The notes: a model not told the origin generated them from the sequence alone. Shown: positions 56,167 to 64,000, counted from the stretch's first letter. The stretch is DNA of 64,000 nt from an uncultured Oscillospiraceae bacterium (GCA_964370605.1 CAYJJX010000009.1:2558-66557); one strand, 5' to 3'. A program made the numbers and translations.

Positions 56167-57478
56167 TATTCTAAGCAACGCGAGCATCCCAAGATTATTT
56201 ATGAAGTACTGTATTCCTTCGGTAATCGCAATGATTATATCGGGTGTGCAGGGCATGATCGACGGAATGTTTGTCGGCACCTTTGTGAGCAGCAACGCCT
56301 TAGCCAGCGTTAATATTGCCATCCCTTTTATGCAGCTGATTTTTGGTGTAAGCATGATCATCAGCATCGGCACACAAAGCTACATCGGCTTGAGCCTTGG
56401 AAGGGGAGACAAGATAAAGGCGCAAAATTGCTTTCACACCTTCAAAATTTTTATTTGTGCCTGCGCGATCGTTATCACAGTTTTAGGACTTAGCCTGAAT
56501 AGACAAATAGCGACACTGCTTGGTGCTGATGCTACCTTGCTCTTGGACTCATCGACTTATATTAAAATAATTTCCATCTTTGCGCTACCTATGTGTATAC
56601 TGTTTTATAGCGGATTTCTTAATCGTATTGTGGGCAAACCGGAAAGATATTTTTACGGAACTGTATTGAGCATTATCGTCAACATCTCTCTTGACTATAT
56701 TTTCATTGTACAACTGAAATTGGGTGTATTGGGCGCCGCGCTGGCAACCGGCCTTGCATATACCTCTGCACTTTTTGCGGTCCTTTCTCCAATGTTGAAA
56801 AAAGAAAATGTCATCAATTTTTTCGTGGGAAAATTTTCTACCGAAAGTATAAAAAGCGTATTATATAACGGTTCGTCGGAAGGAATCAATTCGATCTCGA
56901 TTGCCGTGACCGCCTTTCTTTTTAATACCGCACTGATACAAATTTCCGGTCCGGGAGGTGTTGCGGCATTTACCGCAATCAACTATGTCGGAGCACTTGG
57001 AGGACTTCTGCTGTTCGGCATTTCGGATGGCATCGGGCCTATCGTCAGCTATAATTTTGGAATGGGCGACCATAAACGAGTGGGCCAACTGATGCGGCTT
57101 GCCTATTTGTGCAACTTCATCTTCGGAATTTTCTTGTTTCTGCTCTTGTTTTTTGCGGGGGAGCAACTCGTGGGACTATTCATCAAAGATGATCCCGCAC
57201 TGGTCGAATTGGCGGCATCGGGCGGCAAACTATTCAGCTTTTCTTTTTTATTGTCCGGTTTCAACATACTGAATTCGGGGTATTTTACATTCATTGGAAA
57301 AGGGCTTGAATCGATAGCCGTAGCCGCAAGCAGAGGACTCCTCTTTGTCAGTGTCGGTATTTTCACGCTTCCGTTTTTTTTAGATATAAACGGAATATGG
57401 TTGAGCGTTCCTTTCGCTGAACTCTGTGCGATTATTGTCGGTTTGATATTGCTCAAAACAACCAAGCTGTGCAACTAA
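56150..57478 (+). CDS. MATE-family efflux transporter
   Basis: 442 aa with 12 TM. The GTG start overlaps the marR 3' end by 17 nt. Confidence 0.85.
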   Translation: MKASNNILSNASIPRLFMKYCIPSVIAMIISGVQGMIDGMFVGTFVSSNALASVNIAIPFMQLIFGVSMIISIGTQSYIGLSLGRGDKIKAQNCFHTFKIFICACAIVITVLGLSLNRQIATLLGADATLLLDSSTYIKIISIFALPMCILFYSGFLNRIVGKPERYFYGTVLSIIVNISLDYIFIVQLKLGVLGAALATGLAYTSALFAVLSPMLKKENVINFFVGKFSTESIKSVLYNGSSEGINSISIAVTAFLFNTALIQISGPGGVAAFTAINYVGALGGLLLFGISDGIGPIVSYNFGMGDHKRVGQLMRLAYLCNFIFGIFLFLLLFFAGEQLVGLFIKDDPALVELAASGGKLFSFSFLLSGFNILNSGYFTFIGKGLESIAVAASRGLLFVSVGIFTLPFFLDINGIWLSVPFAELCAIIVGLILLKTTKLCN

Positions 57479-58593
57479 ATGTGTTTTTCAATCACCTTTT
57501 TCATTTCTTCCCAAGATTCTTCCATGTCGGCAACTAGCTTAAACTGCGTCCTTGCCCGATCAAGATTTTGACCGTCACGTGTTGTTTTGAAATAAATATC
57601 ACCCTCAAGATAATCGGTTAAAAAACGCATACCGCATTCAAGAGTCATCAACTTTGCGCCGATTGGCATGTATTCTATCTCGGCTTTTGTCAGCGCTTCG
57701 CCACACCCCTCTAAAAATCCCCTTACATAAACTTCGAAAAGCGACAGATCAAAATTAACCTTGGAGAGATCTTGCTCGTCCTCGGCGCTGTGGTTTGCGC
57801 CAAAGCGTATGGAGTCGCCAAAGTCGTTTATAGAGAGTCCCGGCATAACGGTATCGAGGTCGATAACGCATATTCCTTCTCCGCTTTCCTGATCTATCAT
57901 AACATTATTCAGCTTGGTGTCATTATGGGTGACACGCAGTGGAAGTGTGCCATCTTTTAGGGCATTGAGCGCGAGAGAACAGTCTTTTTCACGATCCATG
58001 GCAAAAGCAATCTCGGCCGCCACATTTTTCACTCGATCAAAACCATCCAGTTTGATAGCAGACTTCAAATTTTCAAGTCTTTGTACCGTGTTGTGAAAAT
58101 CTGTTATCGTCTCATGAAGCGTGTCGGCAGGGTAGTCGGTGAGCAGTCGTTGAAAGTTTCCAAATGCCTTGCCTGAGGCATAAAAAAGTTCGGGCGTATC
58201 TGCTTTTTCAAGCGTTACTGCATCTTCGATAAAGCTGTAAAGGCGCCATGCTCGCCCCTCTTCATCGGTAAAGAAATTTTTGTTGTCCCGCGTCTTGATT
58301 ACGGTCAACGTTTCACGTTCGGTGTCTCCGCCGTTCTTTACAATTATCTCGCGCAAATAATCGGTAACCCCACAGATGTTTTCCATCAACTGCGCAGGGT
58401 TTTTAAAAGCCTTTTCGCTGATTCTTTGCAAAATATATCGAACACACTCTCCCTTTTCGGTCTGAGTATAGACGCAAAAAGTATTGTTCACATGACCGTG
58501 ACCGTATGGCACGGCGCCAACCACATCGGCATCGAAATCATATGCGGATATTGCAGAGGGAAGTGTTGAAATGTTTATGTTAAGCATAGTCAT
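57475..58593 (-). CDS. nahK: N-acetylhexosamine 1-kinase (APH-fold anomeric sugar kinase)
   Basis: 372 aa. PLRVTHNDTKLNNVMID, VIDLDTVMPG, NDFGDSIRFGA, TLECGMRFLTDYLEGDIYF and RARTQFKLV match my recollection of Bifidobacterium longum NahK nearly motif for motif. Confidence 0.75.
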   Translation of the reverse strand: MTMLNINISTLPSAISAYDFDADVVGAVPYGHGHVNNTFCVYTQTEKGECVRYILQRISEKAFKNPAQLMENICGVTDYLREIIVKNGGDTERETLTVIKTRDNKNFFTDEEGRAWRLYSFIEDAVTLEKADTPELFYASGKAFGNFQRLLTDYPADTLHETITDFHNTVQRLENLKSAIKLDGFDRVKNVAAEIAFAMDREKDCSLALNALKDGTLPLRVTHNDTKLNNVMIDQESGEGICVIDLDTVMPGLSINDFGDSIRFGANHSAEDEQDLSKVNFDLSLFEVYVRGFLEGCGEALTKAEIEYMPIGAKLMTLECGMRFLTDYLEGDIYFKTTRDGQNLDRARTQFKLVADMEESWEEMKKVIEKHI

Positions 58594-58601
58594 CCTTTTA
58601 T

Positions 58602-59882
58602 TTATTCGTGTCGTAAAGTTTCGATTTCTATCACCCTGCCGTTTTCAAGACGAGATTGCTCGGCGGCAAGCGCCACAAAATGACTTTCTAGCGACACATC
58701 CAGACCGGTGAGAGAATCGGTTACCGGTTCACCTTTCATGAGTGCAATAAACTCCGATACAATTCCACCGTCTCCGCCGCCATGACCGCTCTGCGCGTCT
58801 TTAGATATTTGGTATGATTTCATCTCTTTGCCAAATGGGTAAACGGTAATGTCTCCTGTATGCATATCGATGACCAATTCACCGAGCGTACCCATGAATT
58901 TTGCTTGGCGACTATTAAACTGTGTTGTTCCGCACATGCTGAAACCCATTGAGCTGCCGTCGGTCATCTCGATATTGACAACCTGATGGTCTACGACATC
59001 GTTGTCACATCTAAATACGCATCTTCCATAGCGTCCGTTCTTTATTGCATCATAGATGCTTTCCACCGTCGGCGTGAGCGCCAGCACATCGTTGGGCCAA
59101 TTTTTATTCCCGTTGCGTATGCCAAGCTTTGGATCGTCGATATATATCTTCTCGGCATCATATGGACAATCGGCTTTGACGGCGCATCCGCCCAGACACA
59201 TCTCGGTACTGCCTTTTGGTGCATTTTCAGATTTGAAATATCGTGTGTTTCCAAAGGAACTTACCTTCTTGCTCGTTTTGTTTGCAAGCCAAAGGTACAG
59301 ATCCATATCGTGACAACATTTTTGAAGAATCATAGGGCTCGCCTTTTCGACAACGCTGAAGTTGCCTCTTACAAAACTGTGAGCCTGATGCCAGTATCCT
59401 ACATTTTCTATCGCCTGAATCGAGATGACCTCTCCGATTATTCGAGAATTTAATATCTCTTTGACCTTTTTGAAAAATGTAGTATACCTCAAAACGTGAC
59501 ACACAACTACATGTAAACCGGTTTCTTTTGCGACACGGTTTATCTCTCGACATTCTTCAAGATCGGGCGAGACCGGTTTTTCCAACAAAATATGATATCC
59601 CAAATTCAATGCCGAAACTGCCTGTCTTACATGTTGCCGATCCATGGTTGTAATACATACGGCGTCGGCAAGCTTCGGCTGTGCCAAAAGGTCTTCACCG
59701 CTTGAAAAACACACATTGCGCGGAAGATCTAACAGCTTTGCCACCGCGTCCAGCTTTTTGCTGTCGATATCTGCTATTGCAACAACCTCAACTTCGTCGC
59801 TATACTTCAAAAACTCCGGAAGATATGCATCTTTCCCCCTGCTTCCAAGTCCTATAAAAGCAATCTTTATCTTATCGCTCAT
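58602..59882 (-). CDS. Gfo/Idh/MocA-family NAD-binding protein, long (426 aa) form with a C-x3-C-x5-C insert
   Basis: Start trimmed to ATG 59882 (MSDKIKIAFIGLGSRG), behind GGAGG. Contains the LLEKP motif, EMCLGGCAVKADCPYD (59166-59198) and GHGGGDGG near the C-terminus. Confidence 0.75.
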   Translation of the reverse strand: MSDKIKIAFIGLGSRGKDAYLPEFLKYSDEVEVVAIADIDSKKLDAVAKLLDLPRNVCFSSGEDLLAQPKLADAVCITTMDRQHVRQAVSALNLGYHILLEKPVSPDLEECREINRVAKETGLHVVVCHVLRYTTFFKKVKEILNSRIIGEVISIQAIENVGYWHQAHSFVRGNFSVVEKASPMILQKCCHDMDLYLWLANKTSKKVSSFGNTRYFKSENAPKGSTEMCLGGCAVKADCPYDAEKIYIDDPKLGIRNGNKNWPNDVLALTPTVESIYDAIKNGRYGRCVFRCDNDVVDHQVVNIEMTDGSSMGFSMCGTTQFNSRQAKFMGTLGELVIDMHTGDITVYPFGKEMKSYQISKDAQSGHGGGDGGIVSEFIALMKGEPVTDSLTGLDVSLESHFVALAAEQSRLENGRVIEIETLRHE

Positions 59883-59933
59883 AATTAACCTCCAAAAAAT
59901 TGTCGGCGACAGGCTTTGTCGTCCTTCCTCCAC

Positions 59934-59939
59934 ATTATA
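59934..59939 (-). promoter_or_regulatory. -10 box (TATAAT) of the oxidoreductase-nahK operon, with a poor -35 as in activator-dependent promoters
   Basis: Minus strand reads TGTTTAtgaccgaaaaactctatTATAAT. Confidence 0.4.
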
Positions 59940-59968
59940 ATAGAGTTTTTCGGTCATAAACAGTATTA

Positions 59969-59997
59969 TTTGTCCGAAGATATTGCATTTTTGTCCG
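59969..59997. promoter_or_regulatory. Direct repeat TTTGTCCG x2 with 21-nt spacing (probable AraC-type binding sites)
   Basis: Copies at 59969-59976 and 59990-59997. Related TTGTCG boxes lie at 59900-59905 and 59916-59921. Confidence 0.5.
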
Positions 59998-60011
59998 CTA
60001 TTTATTACAAT
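59983..60011 (+). promoter_or_regulatory. Promoter of the AraC-family gene (TTGCAT-17-TACAAT)
   Basis: TTGCATttttgtccgctatttatTACAAT. One TTTGTCCG box sits in the spacer. Confidence 0.5.
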
Positions 60012-60041
60012 AATAACATGGAGTAACTCATAGGAATATTT

Positions 60042-60986
60042 ATGAAATATATCGCAACTACACTTCAAAATATGATTACCATAGATAAACTTATCTTGGT
60101 GCATTATTTCGAATACTCAAGTAAGGTCGAGTTCAGAGGGGAGCGACACAATTTTTGGGAGATGGTCTATGTAGATAACGGCTGTGTTGAGGTCTATGCC
60201 GACGGTGTCAGGCATATTGTGCATAGTGGTGAGATGATATTCCATAAGCCAAACGAGTTCCACACCATTGCGGCACATGACTCAACGAATCCCAATCTCA
60301 TAATTATCTCGTTCGTGGCAGATGGCAACTGTATTGATTTTTACAACAACCTCCGTGTGAAGGTTAGCACTCATCAAAAAGTGCTTTTACACAAGGTCTT
60401 GCATGAGACAAGACTGGCGTTCAAGAACCCGATACACAGTCCGGGTGAAAACGCCGGAATGATAAGACGTGAAAATGCACCTTTGGGTAGTGAACAGTTG
60501 ATAAAATCCTACCTCGAACAATTTTTGATTGATGTGTATCGAGAAGGCCAGTCCGGAACCGAGGAGTTTGAAAGAGGGGCAGACCTCAGTTTTATGCTGC
60601 CACAAAGCGAAAATCAGTATGTAGCCGAAACCCTAATATTTTTAAACAATAATATTACATCTAAACTGCACATTGCGCAGGTTTGTCAAGAAATAGGGAT
60701 TGGACGATCCCGACTGCAACAACTTTTCAACGATGAGTTCGGCTGTGGGGTCATTGACTATTTCAACAAGCTAAAATCGGTGGCCGCAAAAAACCTTCTG
60801 CGCTCAACCACCCTGAACATAAACACGATTGCCGACAAACTGGGGTTCACCTCGGCTACATATTTCTCAAGACACTTTAAAAACACTTTTGGAATAACCC
60901 CAACGCAATACAGAAAAGCGGTATATGATGCTACACAAAACGCAAAAGGATTGATGGGGCTCAACGACACCGTTGAATGGAGTTGA
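60042..60986 (+). CDS. AraC-family transcriptional regulator (cupin-like sensor plus two HTH)
   Basis: 314 aa. The N-terminal cupin is RHNFWEMVYVDNG...MIFHKPNEFH. The C-terminal part is ...IADKLGFTSATYFSRHFKNTFGITPTQYRK. Confidence 0.88.
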   Translation: MKYIATTLQNMITIDKLILVHYFEYSSKVEFRGERHNFWEMVYVDNGCVEVYADGVRHIVHSGEMIFHKPNEFHTIAAHDSTNPNLIIISFVADGNCIDFYNNLRVKVSTHQKVLLHKVLHETRLAFKNPIHSPGENAGMIRRENAPLGSEQLIKSYLEQFLIDVYREGQSGTEEFERGADLSFMLPQSENQYVAETLIFLNNNITSKLHIAQVCQEIGIGRSRLQQLFNDEFGCGVIDYFNKLKSVAAKNLLRSTTLNINTIADKLGFTSATYFSRHFKNTFGITPTQYRKAVYDATQNAKGLMGLNDTVEWS

Positions 60987-61089
60987 ATTTGCTGTCTATT
61001 ACATTAACCCTGCTGTTCGTTACATTCTTGCCGTCAAGCTCAAAATAATTGATATACTGTTTCGGTAAGATAAATTCATAGGGGCTTTT

Positions 61090-62343
61090 ATGAAAAAACT
61101 AATTTTATCCACACTTTTGGTGCTTTCTTTGTTCGCTGTATCCTGTACACCGAGAACGCAGGAATCGTCATCAGCGCCAAACAGCGACAGTTCATCGACT
61201 TTGCCGATCGAAACGACACTCGATTTACAGGTAGTAACCAACATCTCGAATAACTTCGAGGCTACTTACTCGATAGGAACCGAGATAGGATTCTATCAAA
61301 TGTCTGAGCAGAAAATCTACTATGTAGACTATGCGACGGCAAGTCGCCTGCCACTTTGCAGTGCACCCAACTGTGAACATAACGACGAGAGTTGTACGGC
61401 GTTTTTTAACGGGAACGGCATACTATTTTTAGACAACGATCAAAAAAATCTTTTTTACTTTGGGAGTAATGGCGACGGCTCGCAGGCGCAATCTGACGAG
61501 GAACACACTATGTTAAACCGCGACCTTTTGTATCGTATGGAGCTCAGCGGCTCCGGTCGCGAGCTCGTTTATGATTTTGGTGCCGGCAAAGTGTTTAATC
61601 AAGGTACAATAGTAGCATCCGATGAAAAACTATATTTTATTTATTCTACTAACGAAAACAACGAGCACAAGCGCTATCTCGGAGAGTTGAATGTGACTGT
61701 AGGCAATCTAACTGCAATAAAAGAAATGGAACCGTCTGAATATATAGTATCTGCATATGACAACACAATCGTCATCGAAAACAACGGTAACATTAGCAGG
61801 TATGATCTACTTAGCGGCGAGACTGTTTCGGCCTATGAATTTTCACAAGAGACAGAAAAGGGCGCATTTTTAGCCGATGGGCTATATGTCTACGACAGCT
61901 TATCGGGCGAAATAAAGGTAACTAGTTTGACCACAAACGAAACCAAAACAATCGCTACTATTTCCGGCACTACCGAAAGTGCTTATATCAGATTTATCAA
62001 CAACAATTATTTGGAGATTGGCAAATATAACGGTGGAAATCAAGAAAATCAAATAATCGATATTGCGACAGGACAGGTTTACAGCCCCCGACTTACCTTA
62101 CAACGCGAGTGGACGATCGACGGTGAAGTTCCAATGCCTATAATCGGTGCAAGTTCTGACCTTGTTTTGACCATTGTAAAAAGCGTGGAGCAAGAGGTAA
62201 CAGCGTACGATCCGGGCGGTCTCCCCTATACCATGCTGGCGCCGGTGGATATCATCGCATTGATGAGTTGGGAGGACTATCTTAAGTCCACACCGGAGTA
62301 TATTTACGTCGAAGATTTCACCGATCTTGCAGACACTGAATAA
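61090..62343 (+). CDS. Lipoprotein of unknown function (beta-propeller-like, DUF5050-like by recollection)
   Basis: Signal peptide plus lipobox MKKLILSTLLVLSLFAVSC. Cys/His motif LCSAPNCEHNDESCTAFF. Confidence 0.7.
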   Translation: MKKLILSTLLVLSLFAVSCTPRTQESSSAPNSDSSSTLPIETTLDLQVVTNISNNFEATYSIGTEIGFYQMSEQKIYYVDYATASRLPLCSAPNCEHNDESCTAFFNGNGILFLDNDQKNLFYFGSNGDGSQAQSDEEHTMLNRDLLYRMELSGSGRELVYDFGAGKVFNQGTIVASDEKLYFIYSTNENNEHKRYLGELNVTVGNLTAIKEMEPSEYIVSAYDNTIVIENNGNISRYDLLSGETVSAYEFSQETEKGAFLADGLYVYDSLSGEIKVTSLTTNETKTIATISGTTESAYIRFINNNYLEIGKYNGGNQENQIIDIATGQVYSPRLTLQREWTIDGEVPMPIIGASSDLVLTIVKSVEQEVTAYDPGGLPYTMLAPVDIIALMSWEDYLKSTPEYIYVEDFTDLADTE

Positions 62344-62521
62344 ATGTATCACGAGACGATAGCTCGCCCGTCGATATCCCGCCGCCAACAAACGACTTTT
62401 TGACAGCATCTGCTGAATGTCAAGCCTTCGCACCTGCCATCAAATTTGACATTCCAAGTGGTTTTAGAGAGCGCTTTGACATGCTGAAAAGAAGACTATT
62501 TCCCTCACGATGGATAATATG

Positions 62522-62559
62522 AACACATGTTCTTTCGATAACGAGAACATGTGTTTTTT
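62522..62559 (+). terminator. Intrinsic terminator about 180 nt after the lipoprotein stop
   Basis: AACACATGTTCT-ttcgataacg-AGAACATGTGTT followed by TTTT. Confidence 0.8.
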
Positions 62560-62759
62560 ATGTTTACGATATCAAGACAACAGCTCACAAGTAAAAAAGT
62601 CACCGCTTTTTCTCACATCAAGATAGACAAACTTCACACAATGTTGTAATATCTTAAGATGTTTTTCAAAAGCGTTGTAAGACGTTTATAAAAGTGTTAA
62701 GCTATACTTATTCACTGCAAATCAATCGTATAGCAACATTAAACCAAAGTGAGGTATTT

Positions 62760-64000
62760 ATGCAATATTGTATGGGATGTATGAGCAATCTGCAGGCGGG
62801 AGATGTGTGCCCTGTCTGTGGTTATCGACATGACTCACAACAAATCGAGGCCTACCATCTGCCGCCGCAGACTATATTACAAGGGCGATATATAGTCGGC
62901 AAGGTGTTGGGTTTTGGCGGTTTTGGTGTAACCTACATAGGATTTGACGCTCAGACAGAACGTGTTGTGGCAATAAAAGAATTTTTACCCACCGTTTTTG
63001 CTACCCGCATACCCGGCGATACCGCACTGACAATCTATCAGGGTGATGCTACCGCACAGTTTGGCAGCGGTCTTCACCGTTTTATCGAAGAGGCGCGCAC
63101 CCTTGCGCAGTTCAACGGGATACCCGGAATCGTAGACATATACGATACCTTTCCCGGCAACAATACCGCATACATAATCATGCAATTTCTAAAAGGTCAA
63201 GATTTCAAACACTATCTAAGTAAAAACGGAGTATTGGACTATGAAACGGCAAGAAACGTAATCGTAAAAGTGTGCGAAACGCTGGAACCGGTACACGCAA
63301 AGAACATTATTCATCGTGACATTTCCCCCGACAATATCTACCTCACCGAAAGTGGGGAGATAAAATTGCTCGACTTTGGTGCGGCAAGGTATGAAAGCGC
63401 CGTAAACAGCAAAAGCCTTTCTGTGATACTGAAATCCGGATATGCGCCGGAAGAACAGTATCGGTCGAAAGGAGAACAAGGAAGCTGGACTGATGTCTAT
63501 TCGCTTTCCGCCACTTTCTATAAACTATTGACCGGAAAAACACCTCCCGACAGCATGGAGCGTGCCATAAACGACGAACTGGAAGAGCCGGGAAAGCACG
63601 TAGATGGAATACCGCCAAGCGCTCAAAACGCTATACTCAATGCCCTCAACGTTAAAAAAAGCGATAGGACAAAGACGGTCACACAGTTCAAAAACGAACT
63701 GCTGTCCGATGGAGTGGCGCGAGTAAAGGTGAAACAAAAGTCGGTATCCACAAAGATGCCGATTGCCGCCAAGGTGATCATAGCATGTAGCGTTGTTGCC
63801 ATTTTGGGTCTGGGAATTTTCACTGTCTCAGGCGGTTTTGACAATCTTTCACAAGAGACAACCTATGGCGACGACGAGCGTTTTATCATGCCAAGTTTGG
63901 TCAATTTATCGGTGCGAGATGCACAGGCGGCAATGTCGGACATTGACATATCTGTCGATATAACAACAGCCTATATTGCCGAACAAACCTCTAATTACGT
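62760..64000 (+). CDS. Hanks-type Ser/Thr protein kinase with N-terminal zinc ribbon, TM and PASTA region; 3' end runs off the window
   Basis: Not in the ORF track (open-ended). The ATG at 62760 follows GTGAGG. Features are MQYCMGCMSNLQAGDVCPVCG, GFGGFGVTY, VAIKEF, IIHRDISPDN, LLDFGAAR, SGYAPEEQY, a TM (IAAKVIIACSVVAILGLGIF), then FIMPSLVNLSVRDAQAAM. Confidence 0.88.
   Translation, partial: MQYCMGCMSNLQAGDVCPVCGYRHDSQQIEAYHLPPQTILQGRYIVGKVLGFGGFGVTYIGFDAQTERVVAIKEFLPTVFATRIPGDTALTIYQGDATAQFGSGLHRFIEEARTLAQFNGIPGIVDIYDTFPGNNTAYIIMQFLKGQDFKHYLSKNGVLDYETARNVIVKVCETLEPVHAKNIIHRDISPDNIYLTESGEIKLLDFGAARYESAVNSKSLSVILKSGYAPEEQYRSKGEQGSWTDVYSLSATFYKLLTGKTPPDSMERAINDELEEPGKHVDGIPPSAQNAILNALNVKKSDRTKTVTQFKNELLSDGVARVKVKQKSVSTKMPIAAKVIIACSVVAILGLGIFTVSGGFDNLSQETTYGDDERFIMPSLVNLSVRDAQAAMSDIDISVDITTAYIAEQTSNY

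Noticed and set aside
61105-61113. Perfect DnaA box TTATCCACA.
   Set aside because: It is a single copy inside the lipoprotein coding region. There is no cluster, no AT-rich unwinding element and no dnaA/dnaN nearby, so it is not an origin.

Overview
This window looks like a Firmicutes/Clostridia-type chromosome. The evidence is AbrB, a GlgC+GlgD glycogen operon, an ECF module, RuvC-RuvA-RuvB, a C_GCAxxG_C_C protein and a PASTA kinase. My family-level guess (Oscillospiraceae/Ruminococcaceae-like) is unverified.

I support 57 protein genes. Two are open-ended and so missing from the ORF track: 1-1515 (-), a beta-CASP hydrolase, and 62760-64000 (+), a zinc-ribbon Ser/Thr kinase. Many ORF-track starts were trimmed to the first start codon that has a GAAAGGA/GGAGG-type ribosome-binding site.

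1-39.6 kb is mostly minus-strand housekeeping:
- a cell-wall polysaccharide export module (rfbC, ABC-2 permease and ATPase, double-GT2 enzyme)
- an MFS/TetR pair, a ThuA-PHP pair, greA, glgB-C-D-A, an XRE regulator, abrB, an MCP, hflK/hflC and purB
- an isolated OadG/OadB-type Na+ pump pair
- rpsF-ssb-rpsR, FemAB, tatD, a CNNM protein, rnc, plsX, ecfA1-A2-T, a methyltransferase, glmM and ruvCAB

39.9-64 kb is mixed or accessory:
- an NCS2 purine permease, cca and an orphan GT-C-like membrane protein
- a Gfo/Idh/MocA-TIM-TIM-Gfo/Idh/MocA sugar cassette
- a visibly AT-richer block (about 49.8-62.6 kb). It holds a URO-D-family protein, a promoter-to-terminator non-coding transcript plus a folded leader ahead of a SAM methyltransferase, MATE-ABC and MarR-MATE efflux units, an AraC-controlled oxidoreductase-nahK operon and a Cys-motif lipoprotein.

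I saw no rRNA, tRNA, CRISPR array, transposase, integrase or recognisable defence gene.

I did not find an unambiguous novel multi-gene system. The best leads are:
1. the four-gene redox/TIM-barrel cassette (45.2-49.7 kb)
2. the AraC / 426-aa Gfo-Idh-MocA / NahK operon (57.5-61.0 kb)
3. the roughly 290-nt promoter-to-terminator RNA and the three-way-junction leader at 50.97-51.38 kb

All promoter, terminator and RNA-structure calls were made by eye from consensus hexamers and base-pairing, and all need computational confirmation.
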